A DNA stretch of 52,715 bases from Myxococcales bacterium (GTDB taxonomy: Bacteria; Myxococcota_A; Polyangia; Nannocystales; Nannocystaceae), in NCBI GenBank assembly GCA_020633295.1, contig JACKDW010000006.1, forward strand, positions 462,181-514,895. The letters are read 5' to 3'. Below, piece by piece: positions 45,801-52,715 of the stretch. The position numbers and the translations under genes are program-made. How positions within the stretch are numbered: position 1 is the stretch's first letter; each line of letters opens with the position of its first letter. The notes beneath the pieces were generated by a model, which did not search any database, had not been told where the DNA came from, and was given only the letters and a program-made list of their open reading frames with translations.

Positions 45801-46831
45801 ACGTCGGGAAACCGCGCGTCACGATCCACGCTCAGCCCACGCCGCAGGAGCGCCCGCAGCCAGCGCGGGATCACCCGGGCGTCAGCCGGCGGGCTCGGGT
45901 CCCCCTTGAGGATGAGCGCGCGCAGGTAGCCGAGGCGCTTGGCCTGGAACGGGCGCTCGCCGTAGAGCGCCTCCCACAGCGCGACGCAGAGGCTGTACTG
46001 ATCGCCGCGCGCGTCCTCGGCGTGCCCGAGGTAGCGCTCCGGAGGGATGTACGCCGGGGTGCCGAGCAGCGCGCCCTCCTGCGTGAGCTGATCGGAGAGC
46101 GGATCGCTCTCGCTCGCGGACAGGGGCGCGCCCGCGTCGATCGACCTCGGCTCGCTCGCCTTGCCCGACGCGCCGAGCGAGACGGCGCGCGCGAGGCCGA
46201 AGTCGAGGATCACCGCGCGGCCGCGCTGGTCGATCATGATGTTGTCTGGCTTGAGGTCGCGGTGCAGCAGCCCCTGCTCGTGGGCCGCCGCGAGCCCGCG
46301 CGCGACCTGGACGAACACCTCGACGATCGCGGGGATCGATCGTTTCTGCTCCTTGAGCCAGGCGCGTAGCGTCACCCCCTCGATGAACTCGATCGCCAGG
46401 AACACGCGGCCGTCGACGAGCCCGACGTCGTAGACCTGCGCGACGTTCGGGTGCGAGATCCGGGCGCCCGCGCGGGCCTCTCGGAGCAGGCGCGCGCGCG
46501 CGGCCTCGGCGTCCTCCGCCGCCGAGATCCGATCGGTGCGCAGCAGCTTGATCGCGACCTTGCGATCGAGCTCGCGGTCGTAGGCGCGGTGCACGACGCC
46601 GAGGCCGCCCGCGCCGAGCTTGCCGATCAGCATGAAGCGCCCGACCACGCTGCCGGTCGTGAGCTCGGGCGCTCGCTTCGCGCGCGCGGGCCCGGGCGCG
46701 AAGCCCCACGCGAGCGCCCCCGCCGCATCGGTCGCCGGCGCGTCAGCGCCTGGCAGCGCGCGCGTCGGGGCGTCGTCCGAGTCGGTCGAGTCCGCCGACG
46801 CCGAACCGACGTGATGATCCGAGAGCAGCAC
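42806..46831 (-). CDS. Receptor-type Ser/Thr protein kinase: cytoplasmic kinase, one TM helix, large extracytoplasmic FG-GAP/VCBS beta-propeller repeat region
   Basis: 1341 aa. Kinase motifs GKLGAGGLGVVHRA, HRDLKPDNIMI, DFGLA. TM LTLVSVPMALTLLGYLVYLLI. At least 10 DxDGDGxxE/D-type FG-GAP repeats. Confidence 0.85.
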   Translation of the reverse strand: MLLSDHHVGSASADSTDSDDAPTRALPGADAPATDAAGALAWGFAPGPARAKRAPELTTGSVVGRFMLIGKLGAGGLGVVHRAYDRELDRKVAIKLLRTDRISAAEDAEAARARLLREARAGARISHPNVAQVYDVGLVDGRVFLAIEFIEGVTLRAWLKEQKRSIPAIVEVFVQVARGLAAAHEQGLLHRDLKPDNIMIDQRGRAVILDFGLARAVSLGASGKASEPRSIDAGAPLSASESDPLSDQLTQEGALLGTPAYIPPERYLGHAEDARGDQYSLCVALWEALYGERPFQAKRLGYLRALILKGDPSPPADARVIPRWLRALLRRGLSVDRDARFPDVHALIAALERRRVRQLRRALTLVSVPMALTLLGYLVYLLIQPGEVVLRASWRGRPYTPARVLVDGAPADAPGGALRLRPGLHRVTIDDPGFLPAEAIADVSAGARHELAFTLQHEQAIFELDVEPTGGSVFVDDVDYGSRLRNFAVDTGEHAIRVSKEGHYEQRFAWRAVAGETHSRFVSLTRAVAWSRPVTGVNLDLRWLGDINGDGLDDLAHLNFGVWTAYDPWNDAKLWRVVVHPGILTATRVGELDGDGVDDIVGVAAEDGRLVVRAWSSRARGLVEPRWTAASLPDHAQAAEGDDHELLLHDVGVDGQLDVLAWGVWKDRLVALDGATGRPLWSVASAGAGVRHARVDARAPVIFEVGGGRRAARDAGSGALLWSTSHEDEQLAYGFRPSARELGLHALVGGDGETRIVGRGRTGEQDSLWSAAARGGALGWRVVVARASALEREDAIGDVNGDGAPDVLSLLPDDARPSPGADGQERVRVAMIDGRGGRPLWTRPSDGGARLLRFEDGGPQVVVLVADGRLELRDAASGELLRQRADTPLIHPIAADWDGDGARELVGVIGQTLHAYTRSLAPLGTVPLTSGVLRLQRTRDANHDGFDELLVDTNGPTVITGPKVVWQRRAADAVRGRPRVADTDGDGEPELVVHNSVGASSGLLLFDARTGLLQAASDERPIMIRAPALLPRDDGGLDVITLVSGRLQRHSGVDARALEQVEAFTAYASPGVGDLDGDGDAELVMVSWDAAREVVAVDGRALRRTLWRRTLSTGAWATPLIIRPSAAAEPIVLLTLLDGTLVALRGRDGAPAWSVALAQRMVHAPAVADLDGDGVLELALTHDDGVECRSAADGALRWAIPGLGTSRSAPAIVDIDGDGALEIIAGSRARGLVALDRDGAPRWERSFTGPDGDALEIGSPLTVADLESDGAPELLLGLRDGTVHALSALDGASRWRFRTTPDQPIEAAPTAADVDGDGVLEVIVGGHDRHLYCLRHRAAGR

Positions 46832-47052
46832 TGGCGCGCGCCCGCGTGATTATCGCATATCGCCGCGGCGCGCCGACGCGTTATAGCTGTCTTAAACGAC
46901 AGAAGTATTTGTACATGTTGAAGAAGCCCGACGGTCGCGCGCGCGACGACCTCGAGGCGCCCGCCGCGGCGCGCGCCCGTCGGTCGAGGCGCGCGCCGCT
47001 GATCAGCGCGCGCTCGACCGGACGCCGCTGGCTCACCAGCGCGGGCGCTCGC

Positions 47053-48990
47053 TCAGCGCAGCGGGTACGCGCCCCGGTACTCGCGCTCGACGGCCTCGAC
47101 GACGCCGTTCGCGTCGACCAGGTAGTCCGTCGGGTGCGCCGCGCCGGAGTGCATCGCGCTGACGAGGAACAGCTCATCGTAAAGATCCTCGTACGGCGCG
47201 TTGTGCTCGAGGACCTCCGCGGGCGTCGAGAAGGCGTCGCGGTAGTGACCGCGCGCCATGTCCTCGATCCCCCAGCGCGCCGGGAAGCCGTAGAGGTCGA
47301 CGTCTTCGGCGCTGAGCAGCACCGGCCGCGCGCCGCCGTCGAGCGCGCCGCGGCGCGCGAGCCAGGCCGCGTCGAGGATCACCGGCCACATCGCCGCGCA
47401 GTCGTAGCTGTGAAAGATCGCGCGCACGCGCCCGCCGGGTGTCGGCAGCGCGTGGACCGTCAGCTCCTGATCGGCGTACTCGATCGCGGGGAAGCCCTGA
47501 CCCGGGGCCGGGCGCTCCTCGCCGTCGGCTTCACGCAGCACCACCAGCAGGGACTCGTCGCGCGTCGCGAGCTCGTCGCCGCCCGGCGTGACCAGCCTGG
47601 TGAGCAGCCTGAATTCCTGCTCGCCGCGCGCGGGGAGCTGCTCGCGCGGCAGCGTGAGCGTGTGCTCTTCACCAGGCCCAAAGGTCAGCTCTGCGAACGG
47701 CGGCTCGCCGAAGCGCGACACCGACAAGCGCAGCGTCGCGCCGCCGGGGTTGCGCGCCGCGAGCTCGATCGGCGCGCCGGAGAGCCCGTAGACCGAGCCC
47801 GGGAGGTCGAGCTCGAGCGCGTCGCCGGAGAGCTCGATCCCGATCCGATCGAGGTAGGTCCAGTCCGAGACGATCAGGTCCCCGCCGACGAAGCGCCCGC
47901 TCACCGCGGCGCCGGCGCTCGTGTAGGGCCACGCGCCCTGACCGATGAAGCCGGCCACGCGCGGCGCGTCCGCTTCAGTCGTCGCGAGATCGTAGAGGAA
48001 CACGCCCGAGAGCCCGACCGTCGCGAGCGCGTCGCCGTCGAGATCGGCGGAGGTCACGACCGTCGGCGGGCGCACCTGAGCCGCGAGCGCGAGGCCGGAG
48101 CCCTCTGACAGCTGGACCACGACCGCGCCCGCCGAGCCGAGCGCGACCGCCACGCGGTCTCCTCGAAGCGAGAGATCGAGCGCCGGCCCGTCGAGCGCGA
48201 GCGCCCCGAGCGGCTCGTAGTCGACGCCGGACCAGGCGAGCCGCGTGAGCGCGCCGTCGGCCGCGAGCGCGAGCACGCGCCCGCCGTCGGCCGCGACGTG
48301 GTGAATGTTGCCCGGCAGCGACGCGACGCGCGGCTCGCCGATGTCGCCGTCCGCCGCGATCTCGGCGAACCACAGGCCGTCGTCGAAGCGCGCGAGCAGC
48401 AGCCGATCGCCGTCGACGTGAAGATCGCGGACGTGCAGCTCGGGGTCGTCGATGATCGGCTTGCGCAGGCGCGGGACCGCCGGATCCGCGAGGTCGTAGG
48501 CGTACGCGGAGCCGCGATCCGAGGCGCAGTACAGCGTCTCGGTCGGCGCGTGGATCGCGAGCGTCGTGCAGCGGATCACCACGCCGGTCGCGGGCGGTCG
48601 ATCGAGCGTGAGCTCGAGCGCGCCGTCGGGCCCGACGCGCGCGGCGCCGAGCGTGTCGAAGCTGTTGCCGACGTAGACGTGCTCCCCGTAGACCGCGAGC
48701 TCGACGAGGTGCGCGCCCCGGATCGGGTACTCGATCTGCGCGCGCCGCTGCAGACCCGCGACGGCCGCGGGCGCGTCGAGCTCCGCCCCGCAGGCGACCG
48801 TCGAGCTCGCGGCGCCGAGCAGCGTGAGCGCGCCGCGCAACGTGGGCCGCGCGCGGCGATCCGACCGGCGAGTCGAGCGAGTCACGACGTCGAGCACAAT
48901 ACCAGCGGGCGCCGCGCGCCGGGCGTCCGCCGAGCGCCGCGTCGCGGCGGCGCGATCTCGAGCCGCGCCCCCGACTGCTCCATAGGACAT
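47053..48990 (-). CDS. Hypothetical secreted/lipoprotein with beta-propeller-like repeats and a conserved C-terminal domain
   Basis: 645-aa ORF. The signal peptide/lipobox (LTLLGAASSTVACG) lies about 50 aa downstream of the first ATG, so the true start is probably an internal GTG near 48860. Confidence 0.5.
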   Translation of the reverse strand: MSYGAVGGAARDRAAATRRSADARRAAPAGIVLDVVTRSTRRSDRRARPTLRGALTLLGAASSTVACGAELDAPAAVAGLQRRAQIEYPIRGAHLVELAVYGEHVYVGNSFDTLGAARVGPDGALELTLDRPPATGVVIRCTTLAIHAPTETLYCASDRGSAYAYDLADPAVPRLRKPIIDDPELHVRDLHVDGDRLLLARFDDGLWFAEIAADGDIGEPRVASLPGNIHHVAADGGRVLALAADGALTRLAWSGVDYEPLGALALDGPALDLSLRGDRVAVALGSAGAVVVQLSEGSGLALAAQVRPPTVVTSADLDGDALATVGLSGVFLYDLATTEADAPRVAGFIGQGAWPYTSAGAAVSGRFVGGDLIVSDWTYLDRIGIELSGDALELDLPGSVYGLSGAPIELAARNPGGATLRLSVSRFGEPPFAELTFGPGEEHTLTLPREQLPARGEQEFRLLTRLVTPGGDELATRDESLLVVLREADGEERPAPGQGFPAIEYADQELTVHALPTPGGRVRAIFHSYDCAAMWPVILDAAWLARRGALDGGARPVLLSAEDVDLYGFPARWGIEDMARGHYRDAFSTPAEVLEHNAPYEDLYDELFLVSAMHSGAAHPTDYLVDANGVVEAVEREYRGAYPLR

Positions 48991-49038
48991 ATTTAAAAAA
49001 GGGCGCCGCCGCCGTCGCGCCCGGCGAGCGGGCGCCGG

Positions 49039-50559
49039 CTACGGCAGCGCCTCGAGACAGGCGCGCTTGAGTCGCAGCGCGAGCTCGGGGGCGCCTTCGA
49101 AGTCGACGTGCAGCTGCCCGCCCGCGCGCATGTCGAGGCGCCCGCGCGCGCGCACGCCGAGCCCCTCGGGCAGCCCGTGGAAGCGCGCCGAGACGTGCTC
49201 GCCGTGGACGCCGTGCCCGCTCTCGATCGGGTCGAGCACGAGCGTCACGCCGACCGCGTCGCCCTTGAGCGCGACGCGGCGCGAGGGCTCACGCCGGCGC
49301 TCGCGGTCCACGGGGTCCTGCGTCTCCACGCGCTCGAGCGGCCCGGCGTAGCCCGTCGCCGCGCGCAGGATCGCCGCGAGCGCGCGCTCGAACTGACGCT
49401 CGCGCGAGAAGCGGTAGGCCCAGCCCTTGGGGACGGTGTAGCGGACCTTCGACGACGTCGGATCATCCTCGGCGCGCGCCCGCTGCGACAGCGGGATGAA
49501 GCGCTCGAAGCGGACCTCGCAGAAGCCCTCGTCGCCGAGGAAGGGCGCGAGCGCCTCGCGGATCGGCTTGCGCTGGCCCTTGTACGTGTCGAGCAGCGTC
49601 GTCTCGGTGTCGCTCACCCACGAGTCCACGCGGAACTCGCCGCAGCGCACCACGATCTCGCGACGCGCGAGCCACCCCTCGATCGCCGCGGGATCGCCCG
49701 CGCGCGTCACCGTGTCCACGAGCGCGTCGTCGAGCGCCATGCTGCCCGAGAGCCGCGCGCGGTCGAAGGCCTGGAACAGCTGCTCGTGCGCGTGCTCGGT
49801 CGGCGTCTTGCGGACGTACACGAGGCGCGGCGCCTCCTCCTCGCCCCCCTCCAAGCCGAGCTCGACGTACTGACCGCGCGCGTTCACGGCGAAGCCGGCG
49901 CGCGACCCCTCGCGACGCTGCGTCCACATCACCCGCGCGCGCGTCGGCCCGTGGGCGCCGAAGACCTCGTCGGCGCGGCGGCGGACGTCCTGGAGGTGCG
50001 CGGCCACGTGCGCCGGCGGCTCCTCCACGTCGTGTTCGGGATCCGCGAGCGCCATCGACAGCAGCTCGCTGCCCGCCCGCGTGTCGTCGGCGGCGAACGC
50101 CGAGGGCGCGCGCTCGCCCGGCACGAGCGACGCGATCCACCCCATCCACGGGCTGCGGCGCAGCCACCAGCTCGTCATCACGCGCGCGCAGGCCGAGGGG
50201 TCGCCCTGCAGGCGCTGCAGCAGCGCCTCGGTCCGGAGCAGCGCCGCGCGGACGAGCGCGGGGCTCGGCCCCTCGCGCTGCTCGTCCCAGCGCGCCAGCA
50301 GCTCGCGCGGGTAGGTCTCGCCGCCGGCGTAGCGCGCGAGGAAGGCGTGGGCCTGGGCGCGAGTCATCGCGCGGTAGCGGCTCGCCGAGCGCCCGCGGTT
50401 GTCGAGCGAGAACCAGGTGAAGCGGCCGTCATCGTCGCCGCGTCGGTGGTGCACGAGGTACAGCCCGCGGCCGCGCAGCGTCGGCAGACCGGTGACACAG
50501 AAGTCGCCGGTCGCCACGAGCTCGAGCGCCTCCGCGATCGGCAGAGCGTCGTCAGTCAT
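49039..50559 (-). CDS. Hypothetical protein (506 aa), no recognisable domain
   Basis: Long ORF with balanced amino-acid composition, not an Arg-rich shadow. No signal peptide. Confidence 0.5.
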   Translation of the reverse strand: MTDDALPIAEALELVATGDFCVTGLPTLRGRGLYLVHHRRGDDDGRFTWFSLDNRGRSASRYRAMTRAQAHAFLARYAGGETYPRELLARWDEQREGPSPALVRAALLRTEALLQRLQGDPSACARVMTSWWLRRSPWMGWIASLVPGERAPSAFAADDTRAGSELLSMALADPEHDVEEPPAHVAAHLQDVRRRADEVFGAHGPTRARVMWTQRREGSRAGFAVNARGQYVELGLEGGEEEAPRLVYVRKTPTEHAHEQLFQAFDRARLSGSMALDDALVDTVTRAGDPAAIEGWLARREIVVRCGEFRVDSWVSDTETTLLDTYKGQRKPIREALAPFLGDEGFCEVRFERFIPLSQRARAEDDPTSSKVRYTVPKGWAYRFSRERQFERALAAILRAATGYAGPLERVETQDPVDRERRREPSRRVALKGDAVGVTLVLDPIESGHGVHGEHVSARFHGLPEGLGVRARGRLDMRAGGQLHVDFEGAPELALRLKRACLEALP

Positions 50560-50792
50560 CGCGCGCGCGAGTATAGGACGCGCCGGCGCGCGCCTGCGTG
50601 CCGGCGCGGACGAACCTGTCTGCTCGTGCAGGCGTATCGAGGACGCGCGGCGTCACGTGACCGCGCCGCGGAAGTCGCGCAGACCCGCGACTGCGGGCTC
50701 CAGGCGTCTTGGCGAGAGCGCGACCAGGCGACTATACTGGGTCGCCCTGCGCATTTTGCGCAAACCGCGCAAACCGCAAGCTCCCGAATCGT

Positions 50793-52208
50793 ATGCTCTT
50801 TAACTCCTGGGAGTTCCTGCTCTTCTTCGTGCTCGTCTACGCGCTGTACCTCGCGTGTCAGCGCTGGGTGAAGGTGCAGAACGTCCTGCTGCTCGTCGCC
50901 AGCTACGTGTTCTACGGCTGGTGGAACTGGATGTTCCTCGGGCTCATCGCGCTCTCGACGGTCATCGACTACGTCGCGGCGCTGAAGACCGAGGCCGCCG
51001 AACGCGAGGAGGATCGGCGGCGCTGGGTCGCGCTCTCGGTCGTCAGCAACCTCTCGATCCTCGCGCTCTTCAAGTACTTCAACTTCTTCCTCGAGAGCCT
51101 GGGCGACCTGCTGCTGCTGCTCGGCCTCGAGGCCGCGCTGCCGTCCCTGAAGATCGTCCTGCCGGTCGGGATCTCCTTCTACACGTTCCAGTCGATGAGC
51201 TACACCATCGACGTCTACCGGGGCGCGACGAAGGCGTGCAAGAACCCGCTCGACTTCGCGGTCTACGTCGCTTTCTTCCCGCAGCTGGTCGCGGGGCCCA
51301 TCGAGCGCAGCAGCCGGTTCCTCCCGCAGGTCGAGGCGCCGCGCAAGCTGAGCGCGCCGGCGGTCGAGGCCGGGATCTTCCTGATCGTCTGGGGCCTGTT
51401 CAAGAAGGTCGTGATCGCCGACAACGCGGCGCTGATCGCCAACGCGGTGTTCGCCGAGCCCGCGGCCCACTCGGGGCCCGAGCTGCTCGCGGGCGCGCTC
51501 GCGTTCACGATCCAGATCTACGGCGACTTCTCCGGCTACTCCGACATGGCGCGCGGGCTGGCGATGCTCATGGGCTTCAGCTTGATGATCAACTTCAAGC
51601 TGCCCTACTTCGCGGTCAGCCCGAGCGACTTCTGGCGCCGCTGGCACGTGTCGCTCTCGAGCTGGCTGCGCGACTACCTGTACATCCCGCTGGGCGGCAA
51701 CCGCTTCGGCACGCTGTACACCTACCGCAACCTGATGCTGACGATGGTGCTCGGCGGGCTGTGGCACGGCGCGGCCTGGAAGTTCGTGCTCTGGGGCTTC
51801 TATCACGGCGCGCTGCTGTGCCTGTACCGCCTCGCCGAGGGCGGCGTCGCGGCGCTGCGGAGCCGCGGCAAGCTGGCGCTCGATCTCCCGCGCGCGCTCG
51901 TGATGTTCGTGTTCACGATCGGCGGCTGGATCATCTTCCGCATCGAGTCGCTCGCCGACCTCGGGCGCTTCATGGGCGGGCTGCTGCGCGGCTACGGCCA
52001 GCCGTTCCCGGACGTCATGTACGCCACGCTCGCGCTGCTGTGGCTGCCCGTGCTGATCATGCAGCTCGCGCAGCTCGTCGCCGACGACCTGCTCGTCGCG
52101 CTGCGGCTGCCCGTCGTCCTGCGCGGCCTGCTCTACGGGCTGCTGCTCGCGGCCTCGATGGCGCTCGCCACGGGCGAGTCGATCGAGTTCATCTACTTCC
52201 AGTTCTAG
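50793..52208 (+). CDS. MBOAT-family membrane-bound O-acyltransferase (AlgI/DltB-like)
   Basis: Start ATG at 50793 (MLFNSWEFLLFFVLVYALYL, the canonical MBOAT N-terminus). Conserved ISFYTFQSMSYTIDVYRG and the catalytic region GDFSGYSDMARGLAMLMGF...FWRRWHVSLSSWLRDYLYIPLGG. Confidence 0.9.
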   Translation: MLFNSWEFLLFFVLVYALYLACQRWVKVQNVLLLVASYVFYGWWNWMFLGLIALSTVIDYVAALKTEAAEREEDRRRWVALSVVSNLSILALFKYFNFFLESLGDLLLLLGLEAALPSLKIVLPVGISFYTFQSMSYTIDVYRGATKACKNPLDFAVYVAFFPQLVAGPIERSSRFLPQVEAPRKLSAPAVEAGIFLIVWGLFKKVVIADNAALIANAVFAEPAAHSGPELLAGALAFTIQIYGDFSGYSDMARGLAMLMGFSLMINFKLPYFAVSPSDFWRRWHVSLSSWLRDYLYIPLGGNRFGTLYTYRNLMLTMVLGGLWHGAAWKFVLWGFYHGALLCLYRLAEGGVAALRSRGKLALDLPRALVMFVFTIGGWIIFRIESLADLGRFMGGLLRGYGQPFPDVMYATLALLWLPVLIMQLAQLVADDLLVALRLPVVLRGLLYGLLLAASMALATGESIEFIYFQF

Positions 52209-52244
52209 GCCTGCGCGCGCTACCCTTTACCTGACCTCACGACC

Positions 52245-52715
52245 ATGCTCGAGCGCGGATACACCGAGACGCTGCACCCCACGCGCTGGCGATCGATCGC
52301 GCTCGCGCTCGCGCTCGCGCTGCTCGCCTTCCTCGCCGCCAACGCGCTCGTCGGCCGCTACCTCGACCGCTACGGCACCAACCTCGGCTACGTCTACGTC
52401 GCCCACAAGTGGCGCGTGCTGGGGCAGCTCTCGCGGCCCGTCGACTGGCTCGTGCTCGGCGACTCGACCGTCAACCAGAGCTTCGACCCGGCGCGCCTGC
52501 GAGAGCGCGAGGGGCTGCGCGCGGTCAACCTCGGCACCATCGGCAACTTCGGCGCGATCGACGATCTGTGGATGCTCGAGGAGTACCTGGAGCGCTTCGG
52601 CCCGCCCGAGGCCGTGGTCGTCGTCCACACCTACGACGTCTTCCACCGCCGCCCGCCGCGGATGCTGTTCGGCCGCGTGCCGCGGTGGCGCCCGCTGACC
52701 CGCGAGACCGCGCGC
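52245..52715 (+). CDS. SGNH/GDSL-fold protein, 5' portion (AlgJ/AlgX/DltD-like partner of the MBOAT). Gene continues past the window edge.
   Basis: ATG at 52245. MLERGYTETLHPTRWRSIALALALALLAFLAANALVGRYL (signal anchor), then LVLGDSTVNQSF, which is a GDS(L) motif. Open to the window end. Confidence 0.55.
   Translation, partial: MLERGYTETLHPTRWRSIALALALALLAFLAANALVGRYLDRYGTNLGYVYVAHKWRVLGQLSRPVDWLVLGDSTVNQSFDPARLREREGLRAVNLGTIGNFGAIDDLWMLEEYLERFGPPEAVVVVHTYDVFHRRPPRMLFGRVPRWRPLTRETAR

Noticed and set aside
42597-46369. ORFs 42597..44528 (-), 42824..44380 (+) and 44597..46369 (+) inside the receptor kinase gene
   Set aside because: Arg-rich shadows of an 1341-aa ORF that has kinase, TM and FG-GAP motifs.
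46846-48108. 420-aa ORF (+) antisense to the beta-propeller lipoprotein gene
   Set aside because: Arg/Ala-rich shadow.
49108-51806. 587-aa ORF (+) and 416-aa ORF (-) overlapping the 506-aa hypothetical and the MBOAT gene
   Set aside because: Arg/Glu/Ala-rich shadows. MBOAT motifs are unambiguous on the + strand in another frame.

Overview
This 52.7 kb window is about 70% GC and looks like chromosomal DNA from a myxobacterium (Myxococcota). The evidence is three secreted proteins with MYXO-CTERM-like tails (a Gly/Cys motif, a hydrophobic stretch, then an Arg run), an unusually high density of eukaryotic-like Ser/Thr kinases, many lipoproteins, and the usual arginine-rich antisense shadow ORFs of high-GC DNA, which I rejected. 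I could support about 35 protein-coding genes: pspA, a TerB-like protein, and an ATP-dependent DNA ligase fused to a C-terminal WGR domain, plus an alpha-glucan cluster of glgP phosphorylase with secreted GH15 and GH13 enzymes. A tRNA-Thr(TGT) is followed by a roughly 13-copy AT-rich 16-bp tandem array. The remaining genes include four Ser/Thr kinases, a 5-heme MYXO-CTERM cytochrome c divergent from an esterase, a YcaQ/AlkZ-like glycosylase, two VWA lipoproteins, arginine deiminase, and an MBOAT/SGNH pair at the 3' edge. The best candidate for an undescribed system is a minus-strand operon at 39.6-42.6 kb. It encodes a Ser/Thr kinase fused to a macro (ADP-ribose) domain, then a CxxC peroxiredoxin-like protein, then a cNMP-binding membrane protein whose start overlaps the preceding stop. 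I found no CRISPR array, no rRNA and no clear mobile element. Protein identifications are from motifs read in the translations, not from database searches. Start codons are approximate wherever several in-frame ATG/GTG codons exist.
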